This document shows positions 27,634-37,527 of a stretch of DNA of 64,000 nt, piece by piece. Each line of letters begins with the position of its first letter. Within the stretch, counting starts at the first letter, position 1. The notes beneath the pieces were generated by a model. The model saw only the letters and a program-made list of their open reading frames with translations, did no database searches and was not told the DNA's origin. The DNA comes from an uncultured Gammaproteobacteria bacterium. Its GTDB lineage: Bacteria > Patescibacteriota > Patescibacteriia > UBA9934. Where the stretch lies: assembly GCA_964452565.1 (NCBI GenBank), contig CAYVLY010000001.1, forward strand, positions 291,009 to 355,008, given 5' to 3'. A program made the position numbers and the translations under genes.

Positions 27634-28695
27634 CTAACCTATCTTACGCGCTATATAAAATAATGACTCTCCTTTTTTGATACGGCTAGGTATAGATGGA
27701 AATACAATTCGGCCGTCTATTTCGGCAATCTCCCGTTCACCATTTTCATAACTCCCAACAACCTCCCCCTTTTTTACAGGCTGCCAGTTTAAAGCTTCTC
27801 CATTCTGATAACTGAATACGCCATGCTTAGCAATAACTTTCTTATCAAACGCATACACATCTTGATGATATTCTGCATCATCAACCTTCACATTAATGAC
27901 GCCAAGTAAAGCTTCACTGACAACGCCAATCTCTTTTAAAATACGGGATGCAACAACATATCCTTTTTGATGTACCGGTATGTCATCTTTGTTCATCGCT
28001 TCATAGATGATACCGATGCCACCATACAAACCTACATAGGCATCCATTGTTGGTGTTACTTTTAGGTCAAGCTTTGTAAGCCGCCGATCTGGATCTGTGA
28101 GGATAAATTCAGCTGGAACAAATTTACATAGCTCCCGACGCTGCTTATTATCGTCAACAGACATGCCAATATATGGCACAGTCTGGCTGCTAGTTGTGTG
28201 AATATCGATAAAGTAGTCAATCTTCCGAAGTAATGGCGCTAATTCCCTAGCGCGCTTCAAATCTTCAGAATCGTCATCTTTCGGCTTTGAATCGATAAGC
28301 TCAGGATACATTATCCGATTAAGATCATCTGCAACGCAACGTTTGTCTAATTCAATGGCCTTTGGATTTCCAAAACCAAGATACAAATTTCCAATAACAT
28401 CATCGCGTTCATAAACACCTGGTCGATCTGCGATACCCAACTTTTCCAAAAAGTATTTAATACTTTTGATCGCTGCTTTTTCATTTCCATGTACTGCGCC
28501 GAGAACCAAAACATTCGGACCGCTTTGATCAGATCCTTTCAAATGCCATATCTCACTCGGAAGAGCTTTATCGTTTGTCATAGTATTTAAATTCGGCAAC
28601 ACTCTATCATAATTATGGTCAAACAAAAAACCAAGGAGCTTCTTGGCCTTTTTTAGATAAAAAACTAAATATACCCGCCAGCCTGGATTGTCCAA
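27634..28695 (-). CDS. succinylglutamate desuccinylase / aspartoacylase (AstE/AspA) family zinc hydrolase
   Basis: LGAVHGNE zinc-binding motif; second His in FIDIHT; probable real start at MTNDKALPSEIW. Confidence 0.65.
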   Translation of the reverse strand: MDNPGWRVYLVFYLKKAKKLLGFLFDHNYDRVLPNLNTMTNDKALPSEIWHLKGSDQSGPNVLVLGAVHGNEKAAIKSIKYFLEKLGIADRPGVYERDDVIGNLYLGFGNPKAIELDKRCVADDLNRIMYPELIDSKPKDDDSEDLKRARELAPLLRKIDYFIDIHTTSSQTVPYIGMSVDDNKQRRELCKFVPAEFILTDPDRRLTKLDLKVTPTMDAYVGLYGGIGIIYEAMNKDDIPVHQKGYVVASRILKEIGVVSEALLGVINVKVDDAEYHQDVYAFDKKVIAKHGVFSYQNGEALNWQPVKKGEVVGSYENGEREIAEIDGRIVFPSIPSRIKKGESLFYIARKIG

Positions 28696-30449
28696 TACTC
28701 GCGATACAAGCCGCTCTTTTTAACTAGTTCCTCATGTGTACCTCGCGCTACAATGTTGCCTTTGTCCATTACGATTATCTGATCTGCCTCCATAACAGTT
28801 GAAAGTCGATGTGCGATAACCAAAGAAGTACGCCCTTTCATTGCTTCCTTGAGCGCCCTCTGAAGTGCATGCTCAGTCTTTGAATCAAGCGCACTAGTAG
28901 CCTCATCCAAAACAAGGATCGGTGGATCTTCCAAAAATATCCTTGCAAGCGCAACGCGCTGCTTTTCTCCACCTGATAACTTTACACCACGCTCTCCCAC
29001 GACTGATTTGTAACCACCAGGAAGCTTTTTGATGAAATTATGAGCCTGAGCTCTACGCGCAGCCTTCTCAACCTCCTTAATCGAGGCTGACGGCTTTGCA
29101 AGTCGAATGTTATTGATTATTGAATCATGAAAAAGCAGGTTCTCCTGCATAACAAACCCAACATTTCCACGTAAGCTCTTCAACTTCAAATTCCGAATAT
29201 CATGACCATCGATCGTTATGTTGCCTTTGTTTGGATCGTAATAACGCAAAAGCATTTGAGCCAAAGTCGACTTCCCTGCTCCAGACTCACCCACCAGCGC
29301 GTACATCTGCCCATCTGGAATAGTAAATGCAACCTTCTTAAGTACATTCTGGCCTTTAGTGTAACCAAATGTGACTTTATTAAATCCCACCCGACCTTCA
29401 ACATTCCGAAGTCCAGCAGCGTCTTTTTTCTCACGAATAAGCGGTACCTCATTCCAGTCTTTCAAAGTTCGATCTAATGAAACTAACGACTTCGATATGT
29501 TCGGCAGCGTACTCATAATCATCTGCACTGAACCAAACAGGAAGTTTGCAAACCCCAAGAACATAATCATAGTTCCTAGAGTTGTGTCGCCACTCAATAC
29601 AAACCAGGTACCAAAAGTAAAGATCAACAATCGACCTGTAATATAAATTGCGCCATATCCCGCCTCAGTCGCGGCCCAACGTCTATTCACCTTTCGTTGA
29701 TACTTCCAGCTACTTGCATATAGTTTTTTAAACTGCTTAGCAAGATTAGTCTCCTTTGAAAAACTCTTTACTGTTGCTATATTCGCATATGAATCCCCCA
29801 CAAGCCCAGTGACCCTTTCCCATATCTTATCGACCCCGTGCTGATTTTTAGCTGCTGCTTTCATTTGTATGGCACCAACTATAACTGTCACCGGGATTGG
29901 TACTAGCGCAACAATGGTCAAACGCCAATCAATATATAGACCAACGACAAGAGCTGCGCCAAATCTAGTAATCGCCTCTATGTATGTTTTGCTGAAGTTA
30001 TAAGAAACGTGCCACATGGCATTCCATACATTGTCAAATCTACGTAGCATCTCTCCAGATTTTTCACTCTTAAATTTCTCTACATCAAGATGCAAAACTC
30101 GCACAAAAAGATCTCGCAAGTAGCCCCCTAAAGCCCAATTACCAAAGTACCAGGAGATATACATGTACAGAGCTGTAAATGAGGTTTCAAAAATAACAAG
30201 CCCTCCCCAGATCAACAAGAATGGAATGATAATCCCAAAACCTTCTTCAACCGTTACTGACAAACCGACCATTTCCACAATAGAATCAACAATCGATCCG
30301 TAGATATATGGCTCCGCTACTGCCAAGATCGCCAACAGACTTGCGATAATCAAAAACACTGGCCAGAAATACCATCTAGCTTTCAGTGTTGGCCAAAGCA
30401 TCTTTACGATGTTCTTGAACCGAATTTTCCGCTTTTCCTCCTTAGACAT
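28665..30449 (-). CDS. ABC transporter, fused permease/ATP-binding exporter (MsbA-like)
   Basis: 6-TM N-terminal domain; Walker A GESGAGKST; signature LSGGEKQRVALAR; Walker B LVLDEATSALD. Confidence 0.9.
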   Translation of the reverse strand: MSKEEKRKIRFKNIVKMLWPTLKARWYFWPVFLIIASLLAILAVAEPYIYGSIVDSIVEMVGLSVTVEEGFGIIIPFLLIWGGLVIFETSFTALYMYISWYFGNWALGGYLRDLFVRVLHLDVEKFKSEKSGEMLRRFDNVWNAMWHVSYNFSKTYIEAITRFGAALVVGLYIDWRLTIVALVPIPVTVIVGAIQMKAAAKNQHGVDKIWERVTGLVGDSYANIATVKSFSKETNLAKQFKKLYASSWKYQRKVNRRWAATEAGYGAIYITGRLLIFTFGTWFVLSGDTTLGTMIMFLGFANFLFGSVQMIMSTLPNISKSLVSLDRTLKDWNEVPLIREKKDAAGLRNVEGRVGFNKVTFGYTKGQNVLKKVAFTIPDGQMYALVGESGAGKSTLAQMLLRYYDPNKGNITIDGHDIRNLKLKSLRGNVGFVMQENLLFHDSIINNIRLAKPSASIKEVEKAARRAQAHNFIKKLPGGYKSVVGERGVKLSGGEKQRVALARIFLEDPPILVLDEATSALDSKTEHALQRALKEAMKGRTSLVIAHRLSTVMEADQIIVMDKGNIVARGTHEELVKKSGLYREYWTIQAGGYI

Positions 30450-30486
30450 GGTGTGATTATATCATAATGAGATACAATCATTTTGT

Positions 30487-30990
30487 ATGAATATTATTGA
30501 AGAAGCTAAACGAATCTGGAATTGGCTGTTTGCCAAACGCAGTGAGTTAGCGCAGCTCGGATACAAGGATGCATTCATGGCGCACATCGTGATCGAGATT
30601 ATGCAGAAAAACAGAGGTCATGAGTTCAAGTATTGCCCACTGTATAGCCTTGATCCAATCCATCCAGTTGATAATCGTGAGAACGCTTTAAAGGCTACGA
30701 AGCAGCGTGCAGATGATATTCGGCCACACAAATCAAAGCTTCTAAAAATGGGAAGGCTTTCAAAAGAAGTCCTTGCAGAATATCTACCTTCAGCAACCTA
30801 TGCTCGAGTAGTACCGATGAGCGAAGATCGATTTGTAACATTTGAGGGTAACGGACGCGTGGCTGCGCTTAAAATGGTCTTTGCCCCTGAAGATAATATC
30901 GAAATCGAAGTTGATGTGTACTATCCAAAGCGTCCAAGAAGGATCAGACGAAAGATCAAAAAACTCCGTGCGATGCATGGGATGAAGTAA
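30487..30990 (+). CDS. hypothetical protein with a basic C-terminus
   Basis: Complete ORF; no recognisable motif. Confidence 0.45.
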   Translation: MNIIEEAKRIWNWLFAKRSELAQLGYKDAFMAHIVIEIMQKNRGHEFKYCPLYSLDPIHPVDNRENALKATKQRADDIRPHKSKLLKMGRLSKEVLAEYLPSATYARVVPMSEDRFVTFEGNGRVAALKMVFAPEDNIEIEVDVYYPKRPRRIRRKIKKLRAMHGMK

Positions 30991-31092
30991 CAAAAAACCG
31001 GTTAACATCTCCATCTCGAGCGACCGAAGGGAGTCGAGAGATCCCTCGGCTACGCTCGGGATGGAAAGGCTTGACCGGCTTTTTTTAATTTC

Positions 31093-33144
31093 CTAGAAAT
31101 TATCCTCAAGCGAACTTACCGAATCATACACATCATCAACATCATAGTCGCCTGCATCGTCAATATCGCTACCAAACGAATAGTTTGAGAAGAACGCATC
31201 AGAAATATCATCGATCTGTTGATTCCAATCGGATCCATACAGATCTTCAGCAATATCCTCCGAGGCAATCGCGCGCAATACTCCGCCCTGCTCTACAGCA
31301 TAAACCGTGTTAACAGTTTGGAACTTAACCATCTTAACTCCCGGTCGATAGGTCACGTTTGATCCAAGTGGCGCATCAGCCATTACAGTTGAATCTATAA
31401 TCACAATATCATCAAAACTTTCAAACCAGGTGAAATAAACTTTTGAGTTTGGAAATGCATGACGCTCACCACTGCTGTCATAGTAATACACGGCACGGCA
31501 TGGATCATTCACATCTGTTGAATCAATACATTGTGATTTGATTAATACCTCTGTATCCAGATCAGCAATATCAGTTATCACGCCTGATGGGTCATCACTG
31601 TAAGTAGTTTCGTCTGGTTCAGTGGGCTCAGTAGATTCGGACGCGACACCAACAGTAATCGAACTTGTTGATCCAGTTGTCGAATTGCCAACTTCATCCT
31701 CACAGACTACATATGCGGAATATGTTCCATCTGAACCAAATGTGTAGCCACTTGAGAATGTACCATCACCTAAATCAGACATTGCGCTATGCAATGTGCC
31801 ATTCAGATATAGGTAGCAGAGATCAATACTTGTCAATGCATCTGTAGCAGTAACAGTCAATGTAGTTGCTACTCCCTCTGTAGCTGATATTGGACTAACT
31901 GTCGAAACAGTCGGCCCTGTTTGATCAGAAACAACGGTCACCGAAGATGCCTCGCTAGAATTTCCAACAAGATCAACCGCCTTAACGCTCACCTCATGAG
32001 ACCCCTCTGTAACTGATAGTACATAACTTTCACTCGATCCAACATCTACATATCCATCTCCATCTTGGTCAACCTCATAATGATCAATTCCGGTATCATC
32101 TGTTGCCGCATCCCATGTTAGTTGGATTGATGAAGTTGCCGTGGGGGAGTTTGATGACAGATTACTTACCGCAGACGGCCCCTCTTCATCTTGTAAGTAT
32201 AAAAAGCCAACTCCCTCTGAGTTGAATCCGACTATCTTCAAAGGATCACTAGGAGAGATTTCAACGTCATAGATAAAGTACATAAGGCTCTCATCTGGCA
32301 GATCAACACTTGTCCAAGTAGCTCCCTGATCATCAGTCGTATAAACAGCACTTAAACCAACAGCTGCACCAAAATAGATTGAGTAGAAATCAAACGTACT
32401 TAGATTAGCTGACTCCAGACCACTAACATCTGACCAGTTTACTCCACTATTAGTCGTATAAAGGAGTCCATCGTCAGATGCGATGAATCCTCTGGCAGTA
32501 TTTATAAAATATACATCTGAAAAATCATCAGTGCCGCCAGGACTCTCATCAACCCAGGTCGAGCCACCATCGATAGTCATAATAAATGTTCCATTATCTC
32601 CAACAGCGTACCCGTAATTTGAGCTCAAGAAATAAGCACCATTAAGATCCTCTGTAACACCTGAGCCCTGCGGGGTCCATGAATCTCCACCATCACCAGT
32701 TACATATATGACTCCCGATTCTCCAACTATCCATCCATTATCTGAATCGTACATCTCTATTCTTCTAAAATCATAACTGCCAAGAATGGACGCTTTGCTC
32801 CATGAATCTCCAAAGTCATCTGTTTTATAAACTGCACCATTCTCACCAATAACAATCACTGTGTTCTCATCAATTATCTTAATGTCCCAAAGAACATCGG
32901 TTGTTGGAGCATGTTCAGTGGTGCTTTCCCAGCCGTCCTGTGTTAATAGCACATTTGAAAAAGCCATGGCTGGATCATCTACCACGACTGCACCAATATC
33001 ACTACTGTAGTGATCTAAGCCTATAACATAGCCATCTGATGACTCATATAAACCAGCCCAATCTGCTGCATGGGCGCTTGATACACCTACGGCGCAGAAT
33101 AATAGTGCTACAAACAGCACTGAAAAATACTTAAGTAATCTCAT
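31093..33144 (-). CDS. large secreted BNR/Asp-box repeat protein with a conserved roughly 170-aa C-terminal domain shared with 42459..44873
   Basis: Signal peptide MRLLKYFSVLFVALLFCAVGVSSAHA; repeated S/DxDxGxxW boxes (DFGDSWS, DGGDSWT, DGGSTWV, NSGVNWS, DQGATWT); Ser/Thr-rich linker; the C-terminal domain aligns with its paralog. Confidence 0.7.
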   Translation of the reverse strand: MRLLKYFSVLFVALLFCAVGVSSAHAADWAGLYESSDGYVIGLDHYSSDIGAVVVDDPAMAFSNVLLTQDGWESTTEHAPTTDVLWDIKIIDENTVIVIGENGAVYKTDDFGDSWSKASILGSYDFRRIEMYDSDNGWIVGESGVIYVTGDGGDSWTPQGSGVTEDLNGAYFLSSNYGYAVGDNGTFIMTIDGGSTWVDESPGGTDDFSDVYFINTARGFIASDDGLLYTTNSGVNWSDVSGLESANLSTFDFYSIYFGAAVGLSAVYTTDDQGATWTSVDLPDESLMYFIYDVEISPSDPLKIVGFNSEGVGFLYLQDEEGPSAVSNLSSNSPTATSSIQLTWDAATDDTGIDHYEVDQDGDGYVDVGSSESYVLSVTEGSHEVSVKAVDLVGNSSEASSVTVVSDQTGPTVSTVSPISATEGVATTLTVTATDALTSIDLCYLYLNGTLHSAMSDLGDGTFSSGYTFGSDGTYSAYVVCEDEVGNSTTGSTSSITVGVASESTEPTEPDETTYSDDPSGVITDIADLDTEVLIKSQCIDSTDVNDPCRAVYYYDSSGERHAFPNSKVYFTWFESFDDIVIIDSTVMADAPLGSNVTYRPGVKMVKFQTVNTVYAVEQGGVLRAIASEDIAEDLYGSDWNQQIDDISDAFFSNYSFGSDIDDAGDYDVDDVYDSVSSLEDNF

Positions 33145-33330
33145 AGAAATTTAATTTATTATTATTTTTAGTATAGAACACTTTTTCTTTTAACGAAACA
33201 ATAAATACCCCTAGCTGTTGCTAGCGGTATTTATTGGTTCCCCTGAAGTAGATGCTCTGCATCACTTCAGGAGTAAACCATGAAGTGTGATCTTACCACA
33301 AAGTAAAGATCCCACCATAGTGGTGAGATC

Positions 33331-33404
33331 TCTACTTCATGGTTCCCGGACAGGGATTCGAACCCCGATTTCCTGGACCAAAACCAGGCGTCCTGCCATT
33401 AGAC
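33331..33404 (-). tRNA. tRNA-Gln (anticodon TTG) with encoded CCA
   Basis: Manual fold: 7-bp acceptor tcccgga/tccggga, U8, D-stem gtct/ggac with a GG loop, anticodon stem cctgg/ccagg around loop ttTTGgt, 4-nt variable loop, T-arm cgggg-TTCGAAT-ccctg, discriminator A then CCA. Confidence 0.8.
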
Positions 33405-33518
33405 GATCCGGGAGTGTAGCGAGTGGACTGAAAATCTACTTGTATATTTTTCAGTCCCGAGCGCAACGATACGGATACCAAAGTATCCGGGAGTGATCGC
33501 GCGAGGATAATACCGAAT

Positions 33519-34064
33519 TTATTGGATTTTGTCAATGTATGAACATAGCTTCTGGGCCTCTCTACGGGAGCTTATATGAACAACCTTTGACGAATGTTGC
33601 TCGAGTATTTCCTCCCAGGTCTTTTTGCCTCGCTGATACCCAATACCGTAGCGCTTGTAGATCGAATGTAATACTAATTTGCACAGCTCCGCAAACGTAC
33701 TCTCTCGCTTTTTCAGGTGTCTCCAAACAAGGTGAGTGACCTGACCGATAACAGTTCGATGTTGGAAATGATAAATGACATGAGCCCGGTCAAAACCATA
33801 CTCTGCTAAATATCGCGTCGTGCCTTCAATGATCCAGGCATCACCCGATACAATGTCTTTTATCTTACCAATCGCCGCAGGTCGATTCTCAATCTCAGAA
33901 TACTTCTCTTTCCAAAGGATGTCATCTAAAGAATACATCGGTATCCCAAACTCATCAGATGCATATTGCGCAAATGTGGTCTTCCCTCTCCCAGCATCAC
34001 CAATAATCACAATGCGGCTGGCATTGATGTTCTCGATCGACGATTTCATAAGATCTTCTTGCAT
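33519..34064 (-). CDS. P-loop NTPase (AAA / topology-modulation-protein-like kinase fold)
   Basis: Walker A IIGDAGRGKTTFA close to the N-terminus. Confidence 0.55.
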   Translation of the reverse strand: MQEDLMKSSIENINASRIVIIGDAGRGKTTFAQYASDEFGIPMYSLDDILWKEKYSEIENRPAAIGKIKDIVSGDAWIIEGTTRYLAEYGFDRAHVIYHFQHRTVIGQVTHLVWRHLKKRESTFAELCKLVLHSIYKRYGIGYQRGKKTWEEILEQHSSKVVHISSRREAQKLCSYIDKIQ

Positions 34065-34081
34065 GTTATTCTATACGCGTT

Positions 34082-34783
34082 ATGCAGATTATTCAAACTA
34101 TTCAAAAAGAGCTGAAAAAGCACATTGACCTTGAATACAAGAAAGGAGCCAACAACTTTTTCAAAGAGCCTATTGAGCTTTACGGAATTCGTACCCCTGA
34201 AGTGCGGCGTATATCACGAGAGCTTTATCGTGAAGTCGAGGACTTATCGAAAACCGAGTTATTCATGCTCTGCGAGCAACTTATGAAATCCGGAATGCAA
34301 GAAGAATTCCTAATCGGATCAGCCTGGGCATTTCGGCGACGCAAGGAATTAGATAAATCAGATTTCGATATCTTCGAACGCTGGGTTAATAAATACATAT
34401 CAAACTGGGCAACATGTGATGACTTTTGTACCAAGTCGCTTGGGTATTTGATTTACGACTTCCCCGAGCTTGTACCCAAAATCAAAACATGGACAAAATC
34501 TGAAAATCAATGGGTTCGTCGAGCCTGTGCAGTTAGCCTTATTATTCCAGTTCGACGAGAGAAGTATCTTAAGGATATATTCGATGTGGCACTCGATCTG
34601 CTCGAGCACCCTGAGGATATGGTTCAAAAAGGATATGGCTGGATGCTTAAGGAAGCCGCTAACATCTACCTACAAGAAGTCTTTGACTTTGTGATAAGAC
34701 ACAAAACCAAAATGCCACGCACAGCACTACGATACGCTATTGAAAAGATGCCGCCAGCAAAGAAAAAGCAAGCCATGAGCTAA
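34082..34783 (+). CDS. DNA alkylation repair enzyme (AlkD/AlkC-like HEAT-repeat glycosylase family)
   Basis: Characteristic ...WVNKYISNWATCDDFC...WVRRACAVSLIIPV...GYGWMLKEAA pattern of the DNA_alkylation family. Confidence 0.65.
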   Translation: MQIIQTIQKELKKHIDLEYKKGANNFFKEPIELYGIRTPEVRRISRELYREVEDLSKTELFMLCEQLMKSGMQEEFLIGSAWAFRRRKELDKSDFDIFERWVNKYISNWATCDDFCTKSLGYLIYDFPELVPKIKTWTKSENQWVRRACAVSLIIPVRREKYLKDIFDVALDLLEHPEDMVQKGYGWMLKEAANIYLQEVFDFVIRHKTKMPRTALRYAIEKMPPAKKKQAMS

Positions 34784-34809
34784 AGAACCAGCACTAAGCT
34801 GGTTCTTTA

Positions 34810-35082
34810 TCACTCCAAAGCTTCATCACTCCACTCACCCAATTCATCCAAAACCCGACTAAAATCCTCAGCGCTCCATCCGGGGTACTTTTTTGCTACT
34901 TCCTCACGTAGCTCACCTCCTGCCATTGCAGCAAAGTCTTCGATTAGCGTCTGATACATTGGTGTATCTCTGTACTGTTCGAAAGCAGCAACAGCACTTT
35001 CCAAGTCCTGTTGACTTGGTCGTGTTTTAGCCTTGTCCTCCCCCCTACCAGCGCTTGATAGCGCCGGACTTTTAGCAGACAT
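34810..35082 (-). CDS. small hypothetical protein, paralog of 35123..35533
   Basis: Shared ...KYPGWSAEDFSRVLDELGE / ...MYPGWTDEEFAALYKDGEE block. Confidence 0.45.
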   Translation of the reverse strand: MSAKSPALSSAGRGEDKAKTRPSQQDLESAVAAFEQYRDTPMYQTLIEDFAAMAGGELREEVAKKYPGWSAEDFSRVLDELGEWSDEALE

Positions 35083-35122
35083 AAGCCTTTTGTTATGTGA
35101 CCATTAATGTTGGTCTTTGTTT

Positions 35123-35533
35123 CTATTCAAAAATATCATCTAAATACTTCTGTTCCGTAACCTTTCCGCGAATCAACTCTTCTCCATCTTTATACAAAGC
35201 AGCGAATTCTTCATCAGTCCAACCAGGATACATTTCACGTAGGTTGTCAGGATTACCACCCTTGGCCAATTCCCCCAGTTGCAGCATGATATCTCTTGCT
35301 CTTCTATAAGCTGAAAAACTAAAACGCTTAGGATCGTTACCTGTTGCTTCTTTTATATTCAACTCACTTGTGGCGTCATCAAGCCAAAAATCGATATTTT
35401 CTAAGACTTGCTTATGATGCCCTTCTTTGGTGTATTCTTGCTCTTCAGCTTGAAAATCTCTTTCTGGTCCTTTATATCCCTCAAACGCCCCTCCCGGGGG
35501 TCCTTCAGAACCGATCTTAATTTTTGCTCCCAT
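35123..35533 (-). CDS. small hypothetical protein, paralog of 34810..35082
   Basis: See above. Confidence 0.45.
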   Translation of the reverse strand: MGAKIKIGSEGPPGGAFEGYKGPERDFQAEEQEYTKEGHHKQVLENIDFWLDDATSELNIKEATGNDPKRFSFSAYRRARDIMLQLGELAKGGNPDNLREMYPGWTDEEFAALYKDGEELIRGKVTEQKYLDDIFE

Positions 35534-35543
35534 ATTTTTCTTA

Positions 35544-36230
35544 TTAATTATCTTTTTTAGAACTTAAATCTTTAGATAGTTGATCCAGAATCCTTGCTGC
35601 ATAAGATCGGCCGCCAAGTCCAAAAGCCAGACCTCCAGCAAGTGCAATCATTGCAACAAACCCAGTAAATAGAACTTGAATCAATGCTTCCGCAATCCCA
35701 AGTTGCACAAGGGCTGCCATAAAACTGAACACGATAATAGCCCAACGTGCGACCCCTGCTAAAAAGCAGGCGCTATGCATCTTTGCAGCCTCAAGCCCTG
35801 TCTTGATGATCTCTTGAACAAAGTTTGCAAGAATCATTCCAACAAGCAGTATTATCACAGCGATCAACACATTTGGAATATATTCAACAATCGTTGTAAG
35901 GAAAAAAGTGACTTGATCCCACTCAAGGATGTCGGCTGCTGCGATCAATGCGAAAATAATAATAAACCACTTCACAAGCCAGCCAAGAGCCTTTCCAAGA
36001 TCAAGCTTAAGTCCTGCTCGTCTAAACATGTCGTCCAGCTCTAGCTTTTTCATCAGCTCGTCAATGTGCAGAACCTTTGCAAGTCGGATTACGACCTTGT
36101 TCAGAACGCCGGCGATTATCAATCCAAGAATAAAAATGATTACTGCAAAAAGCAGCTTGGGAACAAATAGCACCATTCCTGCCCATAAATCAACAAAGGC
36201 AGAACGTAGTACTTCTATATATTCAGGCAT
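35544..36230 (-). CDS. membrane protein with conserved TM-helix repeats (MscS-N-terminal-like)
   Basis: Four or more hydrophobic helices; repeated KxxxxL(A/I)xxxxD... pattern. Confidence 0.45.
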   Translation of the reverse strand: MPEYIEVLRSAFVDLWAGMVLFVPKLLFAVIIFILGLIIAGVLNKVVIRLAKVLHIDELMKKLELDDMFRRAGLKLDLGKALGWLVKWFIIIFALIAAADILEWDQVTFFLTTIVEYIPNVLIAVIILLVGMILANFVQEIIKTGLEAAKMHSACFLAGVARWAIIVFSFMAALVQLGIAEALIQVLFTGFVAMIALAGGLAFGLGGRSYAARILDQLSKDLSSKKDN

Positions 36231-36331
36231 AGTAAAAAGGTTATAGAGGTGATCAAAAGTGATCAGAGGTGGTTGTCACCTTTCATCACTTCTAATCACT
36301 TTTAAAACCTTTCACTGCCTTTATTGTACCG

Positions 36332-36763
36332 CTATTCCACCTTTCGTCTCAATGCATCCTTTGTGGACACAGTGATTCGCGGTTTGTGCTCATATTTCGG
36401 CATGAGCACATTTTTTACATCAAAACTGGACAATCCCTGTTCAATCAACTTTTTGGTTGTATCAATATCTTGTTCATCCTTTTCCTTTTCAACACCGACG
36501 AGATCAATAGCCTTTGAATATCCCAGTATATTAATAATTGCAAGCGAACTACGCAATGCAGTTGCAGAACCTGGCCCGATCACTGCGAATATTTTTTCGA
36601 TCTCATCAAGTTCGCTATCAGCTTTATCTAAAAAATCACGGAAGGCTTTCAAATAGCCTTCCGGTCCTGTTTCTTCTATAACAATATCTCTGTCCTCAAT
36701 TCCCTCCTGAAGATTTGCAAAAATGATTTTATGTATGTCTTGGCCGTTTATATAAACGATCAT
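36332..36763 (-). CDS. TsaB (YeaZ)-like, inactive Kae1/TsaD homolog N-terminal domain
   Basis: ...FAVIGPGSATALRSSLAIINILG... resembles the TsaB GPGSFTGLRIG motif; short length of 143 aa. Confidence 0.5.
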   Translation of the reverse strand: MIVYINGQDIHKIIFANLQEGIEDRDIVIEETGPEGYLKAFRDFLDKADSELDEIEKIFAVIGPGSATALRSSLAIINILGYSKAIDLVGVEKEKDEQDIDTTKKLIEQGLSSFDVKNVLMPKYEHKPRITVSTKDALRRKVE

Positions 36764-37461
36764 ACTGTTAGTTGAACATTGTTAACAAGTACCACCTTAT
36801 CTGACTGAAGAAGTGACATAAGGAATCGATCTTTCACCTCATAGCGATAGGTGTACTCATCCTTTGGCATAAATGTATAATTGATCTCACGCGCCAACTT
36901 GGTCTCTAGAGCTTCCATGGCCTTTGATAGCTTTTTCTCACTTATGTCACCCACAATCAGCACATCTGATGCAACGTCGTTATTATCAATGAATCGTCCA
37001 GTTAAGAGTAGGAGGTGTAATGCTCCAGCATCTTGAAGCTCTGCAACGAGCGACTGATTCATAAGAATTGCCATCTTCTTCATCATCCCACGAAGCTCGT
37101 CAAAAAATGGACACTCCTTATTTGCTGTGTAATACTTTTTCTTATCTTTTGTTTTCTTTTTTGGAGCATCATTCTCTGTTGCAATAATCTTGCCCTCCAC
37201 CTCTTTTAGCACTTTTAGCTCGATAAGGTTCTGGAGCTCGCGACGAACAGAGTTAAGCTGTGCGTCTACCTTGCGCGTGATCTCACGGACATAAAAAGGT
37301 CTATCTGGATGCTCCAGAAATAGATTTAGAAGGCGAACTCGAGTCTTTGATCCAAACAAACTCTCTGGTGTAAAAAGCTCGATTACATCGCTTTCAACCT
37401 TAGGATCTGTCTTTTTCGAAACTTTCTGAGGCATAAAATATGTATTCAATGTGTATATCAC
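36760..37461 (-). CDS. winged-helix transcriptional regulator-like protein
   Basis: ...PFYVREITRKVDAQLNSVRRELQNLIELKVL... HTH pattern; overlaps the start of the downstream gene by 4 bp (operonic). Confidence 0.5.
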   Translation of the reverse strand: MIYTLNTYFMPQKVSKKTDPKVESDVIELFTPESLFGSKTRVRLLNLFLEHPDRPFYVREITRKVDAQLNSVRRELQNLIELKVLKEVEGKIIATENDAPKKKTKDKKKYYTANKECPFFDELRGMMKKMAILMNQSLVAELQDAGALHLLLLTGRFIDNNDVASDVLIVGDISEKKLSKAMEALETKLAREINYTFMPKDEYTYRYEVKDRFLMSLLQSDKVVLVNNVQLTV

Positions 37462-37527
37462 CTCCTTCCACTCTTTATATTCATATAGTAAACTGAATGG
37501 CAGGAGGTGTAAAGGACACCTATTTAT

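Noticed and set aside
33332-33535. 67-aa minus-strand ORF
   Set aside because: It overlaps the tRNA-Gln gene; Gly/Pro/Arg-rich artefact.
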